This document shows positions 1 through 13,601 of a DNA stretch of 64,000 nt, piece by piece. Each line of letters starts with the position of its first letter. Position 1 is the stretch's first letter. The position numbers and the translations under genes are program-made. Below the pieces are notes generated by a model, which saw only the letters and a program-made list of their open reading frames with translations, was not told the DNA's origin and ran no database searches. Origin of the DNA: the human T2T-CHM13v2.0 reference genome, Homo sapiens; contig CP086569.2 of the NCBI GenBank assembly GCA_009914755.4, forward strand, positions 9,856,001 through 9,920,000, written 5' to 3'.

Positions 1-804
1 AGGAGCTTGGGAGCCAGAGGCCCAGGCCCTGGGCTTGCAGAGCCCCACCAGCAGGCACCGCAGCCGCTGCTGCGGGTGCGGGAGCTTCTGGATCGTCAAG
101 GCAGCGCACAACAGCGTGCGCGCAGGCCGACAATGGCCAACCCTGGCGGCTGGCCTCTGGTGTGCCCAGGGCATAGGACAAGAGGCCCTTTGGAATGCTC
201 CTTGGAGTACAGCATCCTCAGGGAGGAAGCATGGTACTCGGAGCCTCTATTTGCCTCGACCTGTGAGAGTGTGTGCCGGGGCTCTGGCCTCTACAGCAGA
301 TCAATTCCACCTCAGCACCGGCAGGCGACTTTCCTCCCACGTGCCCGCCCCGATCACTTCCCCCAGGACACCCCTGCCGCCCTAGCCCCAGCAACCAGAG
401 AGAGTTCTCTGCATCTGCTGTATTACCTCCGTACCATCTACCTGGCCTGCCTAACGAAGAGAGATGTTTCCTGTGTTCATGACACATAGAGATGTTCATG
501 GCTTGCCACACTGAGGATGTCAGGGCACAGGGCTGCCATGCCCACAATTCCAAAGACCACGCAGCCCGCGTGTGCCTGGACTCTGAGCTACCCGGCACAA
601 GCTCCAAGGGCTTCTCGGAGGAGGCTCGGGGACGGAAGGCGTGGGGTGAGTGGGCTGGAGATGCAGGCGCGCCCGTGGCTGTGCAGCCCAGGGAGACGCC
701 CGCCGCCCTCCCATTGATTGGCCATGAGGGAAGGAAGTCGGCCTGGGTGCGGCCCCTTGGCCCTTAGCGCGCAGTCCCTTAGGGGTCTCCTGGAAACCCG
801 GCGC
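1..804 (+). promoter_or_regulatory. CpG-rich 5' flank / putative promoter of the TSPY-like gene copy; inverted CCAAT motif (ATTGG) at ~717-721
   Basis: Very high G+C and CpG density compared with the rest of the window. It lies immediately upstream of the ATG at 805 that opens the TSPY-homologous reading frame. A ccattgattgg motif sits ~85 bp upstream of that ATG. Confidence 0.5.
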
Positions 805-2658
805 ATGCGCCCTGAGGGCCCGCTGACCCACCGGGTGCCCATCTGCGACAGGGTTCCTATGGCGTGGGTGGAGCAGCACAGGCCTTGGTGTGTGCGGTGC
901 CGAGGAGGGCACTGCCTTCAGGATGGAGGCTGTACAGGAGGGGCGGCCGGGGTGGAGAGTGAGCAGGCGGCTTTGGGAGTTGGAGGCAGTGCTGGTGGCA
1001 GATGACATAATGGCGGAGGTGGAGGTGGTGGCCCAGGAGGAGGCCCTCGTGGAGGGGCAGGTGGAGGCCCAGCGGGCACAGCCTGGCCCTGGGCCCATGA
1101 CCCCAGAGTCTGCACTGGAGGAGCTGCTGGCCGTTCAGGTGGAGCTGGAGCCGGTTAATGCCCAAGCCAGGAAGGCCTTTTCTCGGCAGCGGGAAAAGAT
1201 GGAGCGGAGGCGCAAGCCCCACCTAGACCGCAGAGGCGCCATCATCCAGAGCGTCCCTGGCTTCTGGGCCAATGTTGTATCCTTCTCAGTGTTTCTTCGG
1301 CCTTTCTAGTGGAGAGGTGCTCTCGGGAAAGTGTAAGTAACTGATGGGCAGCTCGGCTTCGATGTGACTCTTTGGGGAACAAAGGGGAGTTGCCACGGAC
1401 AAATGTGGCTGTGGAAAGCCGGAGCAGGCGTGGGTACTATTGTCCTGCATGCGGCAGAGAAACCCTTGGTGATGCCGAGCAGCAGACGTTTGGGGCATCT
1501 TTTTGAAGAGCAGAAGCGAGTTCAGAGCAGAAGACGTTTTTCAGTGAATCAAGGTATTTTTAAGGGAGTGTGATTGCTGCCACTTGCTAGTCCGATCTGC
1601 GACTGGGCGTCTTCGACTATAAGCAGATTCTGCCACTCCTCAGACACCAGCAACTCTCCGCACATCACGCCTCCCCATGTCAGTGCAGTCAGCCTCAGAA
1701 TTATACACCCTCCGTGAACACAGGAGGCCTTAGTTTACGGGGAGGGGGAGGCGAAAGGAGGTCATACATGGAAGCAGATCTGAGAAATCCCCTACCCCAG
1801 CCTCTGGGTGCTCTTAGGCCTTCTTCCCTGTTGCTCCTCGCTTTCCCTTCCATCGTGTGTAAAGTCTCTTTGACCTAAATCAGATTGCACACCACCCCCA
1901 GATGTCAGCCCTGATCACTGACCAAGATGAAGACATGCTGAGCTACATGATCCACCTGGAGGTAAGGCCAGGAAGACTGAGGCTAGAGGGTTTAGTGGGG
2001 GAGGGTAAGGGAAATAATTCATTCCTGTAAGCAACAGCAGGCATCTCACCCGAAAAGGTATTTAAGCTTTCTCCACCTTGCCCTGACAGGTGGAAGAAGT
2101 GAAGCATCCAGTTCACCTGTGCAAGATCATGTTGTTGTTTCAGAGTAACCCTTACTTCCAGAATAAAGTGATTACCAAGGAATATCTGGTGAACATCACA
2201 GGTGACAGGTGGCTCCCAGGATGGGTGGTGGAAGGAAGATGGTGGGTGGATCATTGCCAATGTGATCCAATCCCCTTCCCGCAAAAATTCCTGTCTCTGT
2301 AGAATACAGGGCTTCTCATTCCACTCCAATTGATTGGTATCCAGATTATGAAGTGGAGGCCTATCGCCGCAACCACCACAACAGGAGCCTGAATTCTTCA
2401 ACTGGTTCTCTGACCACAACTTCGCAGGATCTAACAGGATTGCTGAGGTGAGTCCTCACTGGGAAACATGAGGAATGACCCCATGTGTTCCCAGCTGCTT
2501 GGGTCACCATTCTGAGTCCTGATGAGGCCTTTCCCGATGGATTCCCCTGACAGATCCTATGTAAGGACCTGTGGTGCAATCCCCTGCAATCCTACAAGAG
2601 GATGAAGCCACCTGAAGAGGGAACAGAGATTTCAGGTGAGCTGTTCAGTTGGAACTGA
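805..2658 (+). pseudogene. TSPY: TSPY-family (testis-specific protein Y-encoded, NAP/SET domain) gene copy. Exon-intron structure is retained but the reading frame is disrupted, so it is a pseudogene.
   Basis: Translation matches TSPY across five blocks with canonical splice sites. Exon 1 is 805-1276 ([12 protein letters not shown]...[13 protein letters not shown]...[12 protein letters not shown]...[10 protein letters not shown]...[65 protein letters not shown]), followed by a GT donor at 1277. Exon 2 is 1884-1961 ([26 protein letters not shown]). Exon 3 is 2090-2201 ([37 protein letters not shown]). Exon 4 is 2303-2447 ([27 protein letters not shown]...[18 protein letters not shown]). Exon 5 is 2554-2658 ([28 protein letters not shown]...stop). 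The exon-1 homology is split over two frames (ORF-track entries 718..1005 and 890..1309), so there are at least three frameshifts. Exon 4 is 145 nt instead of the 146 expected for an open frame, which is a further frameshift. Confidence 0.8.
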
Positions 2659-3576
2659 AGCTTTTTGATCCCCAGGATAAGGAGGTTGACACACCTGCCT
2701 ATTCAGGGAGCCTGGAGGCTCATTTCAGAAATGTAGAAATTGAGCCTCCTTTCATACATGTAGAAATTCCTTGAGAGGAAGACAGAGTGTGACAGAATCC
2801 AGGACATTCATGGCATTGGGCTGAAAAAGGCACATTAGAGACTGCACTGCAAAGCACGTTATAGCTGTGAAGTCTTAAGCCCAGCGAAGCATCATCCATT
2901 TCCAGAATCACTGAGAAGAAAAGCTAAAAATCCTTCACTTCAGTCTGTGGCACTTGATTCCATGGCTGTCAACCCCACCGGCAGTCATCCTACCAACCCC
3001 ATAAGATTGGGCTCCCTGAATGTGCGTCCTGGTCCTCCTTGCCCCAAACCACAAAGGACTGTTTACATTGATGGATTTCCTTAAGCTATTGCCCCATCAG
3101 ATTTCTGTGTGCTTTTAGGGTACAGTGCATCTTGTTAGCTGACTCCCCTCACAGAGAATACTGGGAATGGGGCAGGGATTGCACAGAACAGTTTGTAACA
3201 CGTGGTAGGAGGAAGTTTAAGGGATCACAAATGGGGAAGGGATATCCTTTTCTCAGCGGGCCCTACAATTGAAATATTTCAAAGTATGGCTCAGAGAAAA
3301 TGCATTTTGACATGTGTTTGTGTTTCTCCAGGGTACTCCCAGATGTTGAGTTGAGTCTCTCCCCGATGTTGAGTTGAGTATGATGGAGCATCACACTTTA
3401 CCGAAAGCAGCAGAACTCCTAAAAAGTTACTACAGTATGCAGGATGTCAGTATTCAGCATGGTCTTATGCACAGGAACTAAAGGAAAAACAGATCGAGTC
3501 ACAGAAAATCAGACAGGAAGAGGGGGTAAACTTGGATTGTATGGAATGAAAAATAAACATTCTCAAGGATATGTGA

Positions 3577-3628
3577 CTCTGTGTTTGTGTGTGTTTCTCT
3601 GTTTGGGTGTGTGTATGTGTGTGTATAT
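3577..3628. repeat. imperfect (GT)n / GT-rich microsatellite
   Basis: tgtgtttgtgtgtgtttctctgtttgggtgtgtgtatgtgtgtgta. Confidence 0.7.
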
Positions 3629-6600
3629 TTATCCCCTGGATCCGGGTGTCATAATGAATTGATCAATCCATGTGCATTATTCTCTTCATGGAAATAACCA
3701 GTCTGTGTTGGAGCTGGGCCTCTAAAGTTGTAGAGTGAATAGGTGTGGAATGTGTTGAGATTCTTCCTACAGGACAGAGTTGGGGAGGTAAAAGCAAAAG
3801 ACAGCTTAGTTGGAGGCTTACTTCGTCCTATGGAAGCAGAGGTAGTTCAAGGAAAGGGGTCAATAGGCACTAAGGTTTCCAGGGCCCAGTTTGCTGGGAC
3901 CTCCAAAATCCTTCATTTTGGTATCATCATACCCAATAGATAGCACAGGATGATAGAAATCTTAAAGTTCAATTTCGTGTTGAATTCACATGTTCTCCTT
4001 TTAAAGGTGAATGCATAATCCTTTTCTGGGACAATCAGCCTCTCAGGACTTCTCAGACATCAACTTGAGAAGAAATGGGCATGTAACCTGTATGGAGGCA
4101 CTGTGGGAAAGGTGACAGAGGCATGTGGGAAGGCATTCAGGATACTGGCATAGATGACTAAGGGAAAATGCAAACTTACAGAAGTGAGGGAAAAGGGGGA
4201 GGATTTGTGGAATATAAGATTGCTGGAGGATCCACACATGGACTCTCTTGTCACTTGATGACCAGGATATGGACACTCTTGTTGATGTTTATATCTTTAG
4301 TTGTTTTAAGCTTTTCTCCAAGATTCTATGTTAAGTGAGGAGCCAATAATGTATGTAGCTAACAACATTATGAGTGCATTTTGTGCTCTTGCACATTCTA
4401 GTGAGGCTCTATTCTCCCTAGTGATGGGCACTGCAGATTATTTCTAGAGCCAGGACCCTTTTATTTTCTTTGGCCTTTTCAGCATACTTTGCCTAAGATT
4501 AATAATATAAAGAGAATATAGTTGCAGAGTATGTGTTGCAAGCCTCACACAGGAGGACAAAACATACAGTGTTCATTCTCGAGTGGGTGGCTGCTTCCCA
4601 GGGACACCTGTGTCTATGCACAAGATAAGGGGTTGCCTCTATCATAGAAGGGGGAGGAGGATTTCATTGTTGGGCACAGAACTTTCTTCCCTGTTCCCAG
4701 ATAAAACAGTTCCAACATGAGCATCCATGTTGGCCACACACTAATAGAGTGCTAACATTCCTGTCCTCTACAGACTCTGGTCAGCACAGCTCCTGAGAGA
4801 AGAGCTGTGTTGTTTCAGGGAAGGGTGTTTGACAGTCAAAGTTCATGAATCTGTTGTGCTGCCTTCAAAAAGCATTCCACACCTCCTGCTCGGTATCAGC
4901 AGTTGAGCTTTGAAAATCTATAGCCCAGTTTTGCCCCTGCTCCTATGCAAAGAGCTGAGGCTCTCCAGCAGGAGTCTTGTCCTCCTCTGACTACTGTCCC
5001 CATGTCCCACAAACACAGGAGAAACGGGTTTCCTCAGCAAATTATTATGAAAACAGTTGGAACCCTTTGGCCCCCGCAAGCTGCCATTATCTTACTGTGT
5101 GCTGGTCAAAGGCACTGTGGTCCAGTACAGTACCCCTATAGTGGAATGGGGCAACAGATTGGTGTGTGCACTCAGGGCAACTCAGATTAGGAAACATCTG
5201 GGGACTTGCCTATAATGAGGTCGTCTGAAAAGGTCTTGCCCCAAATTTAATGCATAGGAAAAAGTTGAGGAAAGGGTCTTGCAATTATTTTTCTAGGAGG
5301 TAAATAGAAAAGAAAAATACCGTAAATAGATGCCAGGGCTAGTTTTGGAGCTAGACTGTTTTAAAGTGGTACGGGAAGCACTTTTTCCAAGGCAGGCAGC
5401 AAACCAGGAACTGTCTACAATGGATGGGCATGCCATGAGTTGCTGGCTCAGCCATATTGACACCCCAGTAAGTGAATGCAGCAGACTGGGCTTCTTCCTC
5501 CATTCCTACATACAATTCAGTCTAGTGATTTCACATGAGAACCCTTCTTTTGGTATTATCAGAGATGGTGCTGAATTATACAGGCTGTCTAATGATTCTT
5601 CCACTGCATGTTCATGCACATGGGCCGCAGATACTAAGGTCACTGACAAATTTGTATTCTGCCTCAGTAACTCTGAAACACCTGTGTTATTTCTAGTGTC
5701 AGGGTCTTGGTGTTTTTTCATGTTTAAACTACCACGTGTGTGTTTGTAGTTGTGTATGTTTATTTTTCTGTGTGGGTTTATATGTTTTCTCTGACTCCAC
5801 CTATGTCTCTGTCTACCCAATAGGTTTCCACACTACTTGTAGTAATTTTACATGCCTATCTCTACAACCGTGCTGGACTTTGTATCTGTGTCTTTGAACA
5901 TCGATCACTCTCTGTCCCTTCCTTTTTTTCCTTTCTTTCCTTTACACCCCTCCTTTCTTCCTTCCCCACCACACGCTTTCCATCTGTATCATCTGTCTTT
6001 TTATTCTCTATCTAAATTCAGTTTGTAATTCTGAATCTGTTATCAGTGGCATCAGATTATCATTTTAATGTCTGGATGAAATTCCTCTTTCAAAGACTCT
6101 CAGCTGAAGGATATGAGTTCTTTTTTTGAGCCACAATGAAGGGTTTATTTCTGGCCGATCTAGCAATGACTGTTAAAAAAAATACTGGGCATGACAGGAA
6201 AGCCAAAAATCACACGGATTCCACTCATCCCACTCAGTGTATCCAAAAGGTGGAAAAGTGAAAAAGTGGGTGATTCCTGTGGTCTCCAAAGCAGAATGAG
6301 AACTTTCAAGTGATTGTGTCAGATCATTTTCCAGGAGGCAGCTGTAGTTCGTAGATACATGCTGTGTAAACACAAGCACAATGATGAAACCAATAAAATG
6401 TTCTTCTCCCTCTGTTTTAATGTTATTTTATCTTTTTAACAAATATTATACATACATAATTTCTTCATGACATGTCATAAACTATTGTTTAATGAACTCA
6501 TACATGAGTTCTTCATTGTGTCAAAGAATGTCAAAGCATCATGATTCGTTATGACCTGCTACAGATAAGTGATAGGAAATAACAAAATGAGGGCATATAG

Positions 6601-6945
6601 AAAGGACAAATCATGATCTGAGAACTTCACCAAGAGGTTCAGGCTAGATGAATGTATGTCAGGGATTCAGAAAGAAACTTGCACTTGTTATTAAGGGCTA
6701 TGAATCCAAAAGAAGCACTCTTTGACATTTATGTCTTTTAACTCATTTGGGGAGTTTGGTGTGTTATTATTTACAGTGTTCTCTCTACCTTTTTTCATTA
6801 TTCTCCCCATCTGGGGCTGTTATTATGTGAAAGCTGTTTCCTAGGATTGCATAAGGTCTACTGATATTTCATTTATTTTGATTCTCCTCACACTACATAG
6901 TTTTAATTTACCTAATGTGACGCTTTTTGTGTTCATTTCCTTAGA

Positions 6946-7236
6946 ATGGGTCTTACTCTGTCTCCTAGGTTGAAGAGCAGCCCCATGATCTCTGCCCACT
7001 GTAGCCCAGACACCACACACCTATGTGATCCTCTCAACTTAGACTCTCACACACCTGGCAGTACAGGTGCATGCCACCCCTCCCAGCTATGTATTAATTA
7101 ATTAATTAATTAATTAATTACTTTTTGGATGTGGGCCCATGTTGCCCCAGGCTCATCTGGAACTCCTGAGTGCAGGCAATCCTCCCACCTCAGCCTCTCA
7201 AAATGCTGGGATTACAGGTGTGACCCATGGCCCGGC
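6946..7236 (-). mobile_element. Alu SINE (reverse orientation) carrying an expanded (TAAT)n microsatellite at 7093-7122 in its middle A-rich linker
   Basis: Reverse complement of the Alu consensus (…ggccgggccatgggtcacacctgtaatcccagcattttgagaggctgaggtgggagg…). The 5' end reads gagacagagtaagaccc on the lower strand. The linker contains attaattaattaattaattaattaatta. Confidence 0.85.
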
Positions 7237-8377
7237 CATGGCTTTGTGTTTTTTGCTTTTTATTCCTCCTCCTCACGTCTTCTATTGAAACATGCAGTGA
7301 AGGTTTCAATTCATGGACTATAGTCTCCGCGCCTGTAATTTCTATCTTTCAACTCATCATCGGCCTTCACTGGGATTTTCATATATATGTATATACATGT
7401 ACACATATATTTTTTTCTTAACTTACCAAACGACGTCGCATTCTTTCCTGTATCATGAAAAAGACTTTGATAGAAAAGAAAAGCACTGCTTTATAATAAA
7501 ATACTTTATTGACATTTATTCTCTTGAGGAATTTTAAAAATTGTTTATTTTTTAAAATGGCGTATGAAAAGATACATGTTTATAACTTACGGGGTGATGT
7601 TCCAAAGGTCATATACATTATGCAGTGGATGCATTCAGCTAATCAACATAAGCATGACCTCACATACTTGTCATTTTTGTTGTGAAAAAACTGACAAGCA
7701 CTGTCTTCGAATTTTTTAGAGAAAGAATATATTATCCCTAGTTATAGTCAGCATGCTGAAGAAAATGTTTTTAACCTATTCCTCCTTTCTAACTAGAAAT
7801 ATGTATTTTTGATACAGCATCTCCTCAGTGCACCCTCTTCACCCCAACCATTGGAGTCACTACCTCTGTGAGGTCTGCTTTTTATATTTCATATAAGGAT
7901 GAGGTCATGTGCTATTTGCCTTTCTGATACATGGCTTATGTCACTTAACAAAATGGCATGCACACATTCAGCATATTCACACACATTGTCACAACTGGCA
8001 GGATTTCCTTTTTTATTACTGCAGTGCATTTTTCCGTTGTGCATATGTGTTTTTGCCCCATTTTTTTAATCCACTCATCAATCGAGGGACTCTCAGGTTG
8101 CTTCTGTATTTTGGCTATAGCAAAAATGTAAAGAGTGCAGCAATAATTGCATCGGTGCATGCACCGCTTCAACATACTGATATGTGTATTTGTGGGTGTG
8201 CCCCAGAATTCTGATTTGCTGGATCATATGGTGGGTGGTTCTACTTGTAGATTTCTGAATACTGTTTATACTTAAATAAAAGCCATAAAGCTTCTTGTAA
8301 TGCCTGCACTACTTTACATTCTCACCAAAAGTGAGCAATGATTTCCTTTTCTCTGCATCCTCACTAGAAATGAGCAT

Positions 8378-8404
8378 TTTTGTTTGTTTGTTTGTTTGTT
8401 TTGT
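8378..8404. repeat. (TTTG)n microsatellite
   Basis: tttgtttgtttgtttgtttgttttg. Confidence 0.8.
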
Positions 8405-9270
8405 CTTTTGGATAATAGGCATTCTGACTGAAATGAGAAGAAATCTCACTCTGTTTTTGATTTGCATTTTCCTGAAGGATTAGGACTTTTTAGTGTGTCT
8501 TCTGGGCAACTGTATGTCTTCGTTTTACAAATGAGTATTCACAGCCTTAGCCCATTGGTTTTCATGCTATTGATTTGTTGGGAGTTCCTTATGTACTGTG
8601 AATATTCACCAGTTAGCAGATGCATGGTGATCCAATCATTCCTCCCATCCTGTAGGATGTCCCTGTCTGTTTAGTTTTCTGTGGTGTGTGGAAGCACTTT
8701 AGTTTGATATGATTCCGTTCTCTATTTTTGATGGTGTTTACTGTGCTCTCGCAGTCACTTTGAGACCATCATTGCCCACAGGGTTGCCGTGGAGCTTCTT
8801 CCTTGTGATTTCTCCTAGTATTTTTATCGTTTCAAGTCTGACATTGGAGTTTGGTGAGAAATAATCCACTTGTAAAATGCTTTATGTGGATACTCAGGTT
8901 TTCCCCAGCCTAGTTTATAGAAGATACTTGATTTTGCACTGGGTATTCTTGCTTCTTTGGGAAAAGGCTGTGAGCTGCAAATGCAGTGACTTAGTTCTGG
9001 GCTCCTATTGTTTCTCATAAGCTCGAGTCTTCCCTTTTCTGCCAGTGCTATTCTATTTTGGTACGTAAAGCTTTGTAGTAGATCATGAAGTTAGGCAGTG
9101 TGATGCCTCCAGCTTTGTGCTTTTTACTGGTTTGCTCTGGGTTTTCAGGATCTTCTGCCATTTCATAGCAAATTTAGGATTCTCAGATTGTTTTTCTAAG
9201 AATGGGTCATTGATATTTTTACAGGGGTTGTATAGAATCTGAAGATCACTTAGGTAGTACTGATGTCAGT
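8405..9270 (-). mobile_element. Old L1 (L1M/L1P-class) fragment, ORF2 C-terminal region, reverse orientation
   Basis: The lower-strand translation gives L1 ORF2 motifs (…GITLPNFM-YYKA…, …tgatttgcattttc… RT-distal region). Sequence is diverged from L1PA. Confidence 0.7.
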
Positions 9271-12200
9271 GCCATTTAGACAATGTGTGTGTATGCACAT
9301 GCACAGGGCCAAGAGACACTGGGTGTCCTCACCAATAGTGAGGTGCGCCTTAATGTCCAGACAGATTGCCTTCCTGGAAGCACTCGGAAGGTCCCCTTCC
9401 TTCTTGCTGTCTCTTCACATTTCCTCCCCTGTGAGCCCTCTGTGGTCCTCCAGATTCCCTGTCTTTTTGGGGGGTGGAGAGTTGCTGAGTTTGGCCTGCC
9501 TTTTTTAGGGGCGGGGAGTTGCTGGCTGAATGAGGATGGCAGAGGGAAACGAGCATGTCAGAGGAGACTGGCATCATCCAAACGGAACTTGGCAGCCCTG
9601 GGAGAGTCATTCTGGGAGGATGCAGACCTAGAGAGGCCTCAGGTGGGCATCTGTGTGGAGGGTGAGAGAGCCCTGGTTGAGTCCAAGCTGAACCCCAGGT
9701 AGTAAGTAGCAAGTCTCAGGACAAGGAAGGGAGCTAGCAAGGGCTGATGAGGCAGCTATCTCTTGATCCTGGCTTCTCACCCATTGACCTTAGCTACTTA
9801 TGTCTATTAAGCAGATTAGGGTTCCCCCATCCTGAAACGTGGGTACTACAGTTCCCTGGTGGGCCTTTCTCCACCAGCCTATGATGGCCTAAGTTTGCTT
9901 ACTGCAGTCTCCTCCTTGAGCCTTGGCTTCTCTATGTGTGTCCTACCTCCAAGACCCACAGGCCTCTCAACCCCCAGCCCTGGGCTGCTTCCCTGGCCTC
10001 TTCTCTGTTCCCTCTCTGAGGGCCTAACTCCCTTGGGTAGTGCTGCAGAATATAGAGCCACAGGCCCTGGCTGATGATCTGGTGGACTGGGCAAATTGGT
10101 CATGACAGGTCAGGTTCTGGTTCAAAGCCAATTCCTCTGATGCCAAGGAATGTCGAAGAAGGTCCTTTGCCATGATGCCCCATAGCTGCCCCACCTCAGC
10201 AATCGTGCCGTACCCTGGGCAGTCACAGTCAGCCAATCAGCTGAAGAAGCTCAGTTAGGTAGTGACCTGCGGGAAACTCGGGCTTTCACCTGCATGACCC
10301 TAGAACCACTGGACTGCAGTGGAGCCAGTCGCCCTGTATCCTGGAGAGAGAGGAGTCAGCAAGGCTCACGCCAGGCACGGCTTCCTGCATACTGTCCCCT
10401 CTAACATGCCGGGAGGCACTCCTCATTGAGGATACCAATGCAATACTCCTTACTGATCACTTCATTGCGGAAGTAAACGTTGTGATGAAAGGCAAACTTC
10501 TTCCTGACACTTGTACTCAGGATAGTTGAGTTCCTTCACCTGCCTGTCCAAGAGGGAGAAAGAGGACAGTCAAGGGATAATTTCATCTAGGTGGGCTGAT
10601 GTGGCCTTGTAGCTGGGGTGAAGCATGCGTTTCCACTTCCCAGCTCTCGCACTGAGACACCACTGAGCCCCAGGAGAACCTCAACCTGACCAGGACCTTA
10701 GCACCCTCCTCCAGACCCAGGCTTCCCATCCTGACTTGCCAATCCAACATGTAGATTTGCAGGACTTCCTCATGGTTTCTGAGCTACTTGCTGTCATCAG
10801 AAATGATCATAACTTTTAAACTGTTGTTTATGCCAACCTAAATTTTTCATTTTTACTACCTCATGTTTTGGATGAGGCATGTATTTTTAAATTTATTTTC
10901 ACCCTTATTGTACCTCTGTGATAAACTGCTTACTTACATTCATACCATAATTTTCTTTCACTTTTACTTCTCTGTTCCTAAAGATTCACTGAAACTAAGA
11001 ATTCTATTTACGCTTGTATCTTTCAGCAACCATATGTCAGATAACAGTGCACATTACTGCAGAAATCACATATACAGGTCCAAAGGGAGATGACGAAGAA
11101 GAAAGCAAGCTTTAAAGTCTATACATTCCTAACACTGTATCAGAAACTCACAAATAACAATGAAATCAAAGAATGATCACAGCCAATTCCATTTCATACC
11201 TAGACTGAAATATAAAACTTCAAAAGAAAAGAAAGTTAAGAACTTTGGGTTTGTAAAAATTTTCCTATATAGATAAAATTATTGGTAACTTTGTCTCACT
11301 AGAAAACATAAACAAAAATCCACATTTTTCATATGTGTAAATATACATATTTTTATTTCCATCAGTTATGACATGCAAGCAAGTAATAAAGTGAAAATAC
11401 AATAAAATGATATATGGAACTTCCTCAGTCTCAAAATATTACATTGAGACTATTAATTTTATGAAAACCATAAAGAATGCTTCATGAAATTATATTATAC
11501 GTACTTTTTAGTATTTTACTTACATTTTAAATAATCAACAATTAAAGGGAATTTTTCAACATTATTGATTATGAATACCAATATTTTCCTTGAGTAATCC
11601 TGTTGAAATTAACTATTTTAAATAAAACATTAAAAAGAAAGTATATTAAATGATTTCAGCTTTTGATGAAGTCATACACCTGTAATTGTAGTAAGGTGAA
11701 GTATAACTTTCTCCTCATGATTAATCTTTTATAACACCAGTGTAGTTGTTTTCTCTGACACCAACATTGTGATATCTCAGGGCTTTACTGTATCCATACA
11801 TTACATGCCTCCAGAGAGTAGGCTTCAAACATAATGAAAAATTATATTTGTGACAAAATTGTTGGAAAGGGAATGGTAAAATGGGAGAATAATTTCTAAC
11901 TTTCTGACTGTTGGTCAATGGAATTATATATATTTAGATACAGACACGTATTTGCACACTGTAAGTTTGCCCTTGTACATATACATTTATATGAGATACC
12001 CATAATATATGGGTTGTGTAATCTTTTAATTAATCCACAATTGTATATGTGTGAAATTGGATAAGCAGTTACTGTTTCTTTACTCAATTTGATGGAAAGC
12101 CAAAAAAACTCTGTCAACATTCATTTCAATTAATCCAATACTGTTAACTACTGCTAGCTTCATTCTCCTTGTTCTCTTTTGTCAATCTGAAAGTTAATTC

Positions 12201-12839
12201 TCACTCTAATTCAACTCTCAGGGTGCGATCCACAAAAGACTTTCATCTTGCTGTCGATTGTGACCTCTAACTCCACCTCTTTCTTCCTATAGCAGTCCTA
12301 CCTTTGCATATGTAGTAAACTTTGTACATAGTTAAAAGGATAAAAGTTCAGTGAAATGTCAAGTCATACTGTGAAATGTTCCATTGTTTCTATATCTCTA
12401 ATTGTCCTTTCATGTTATAGAGGTAAGAAAAAAAATTCAATGTTTTTCTTAGTATCCAGTCTAATGCACTCTTTCTTCATAATATGCCAAACCCATCCCT
12501 TCAAGACATTGACATCTAAACATGGGTGAACATCTCAAAATCTCTTCTCATTAATAACCATTATGTTAATCACTATTGCCCACAACTGGAATCTGACTGT
12601 TAAATCCCCCAGTGGAAATTGCTGTAATGGCTCAAACTACTGGAATGTCTATTTTTTTACCTGAAAATATCTGATGAGCATATACATATGCTATGTAAAT
12701 GAACATATTGTATATTAACAACATACCTTCACTAATAATAGGTATCCCAAACCTTTGAGCCAAACTGAGCTCAGATGCTCCCACAAACCAAGCTTTTTCC
12801 TGCACAGATTTCTTTTTATGTCAAAAAACCACAACTCCA

Positions 12840-13496
<657 letters not shown>

Positions 13497-13601
13497 TTAG
13501 AAAAATAATACCCACTGCAAAAGTTTGCCACAGAAAAGATTAAACATTTCACCAACTTCTACCTTCTATAACGGAAGCCAAAGTTATTTGGACCAACCCT
13601 C

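Noticed and set aside
7-1100. Overlapping 90-190-aa ORFs on both strands in the first kilobase
   Set aside because: The high GC content suppresses stop codons. The ORFs overlap one another in all frames and show no recognisable protein similarity except where they coincide with TSPY exon 1. They are treated as CpG-island noise.
6121-6400. 68-aa minus-strand ORF (6173..6379) ending at a T8 run, with an AATAAA on the + strand nearby. Considered as a possible processed-pseudogene tail.
   Set aside because: No recognisable protein similarity, no clear poly-A/TSD pair and no intron-less gene body. There is insufficient evidence to call a retrocopy.
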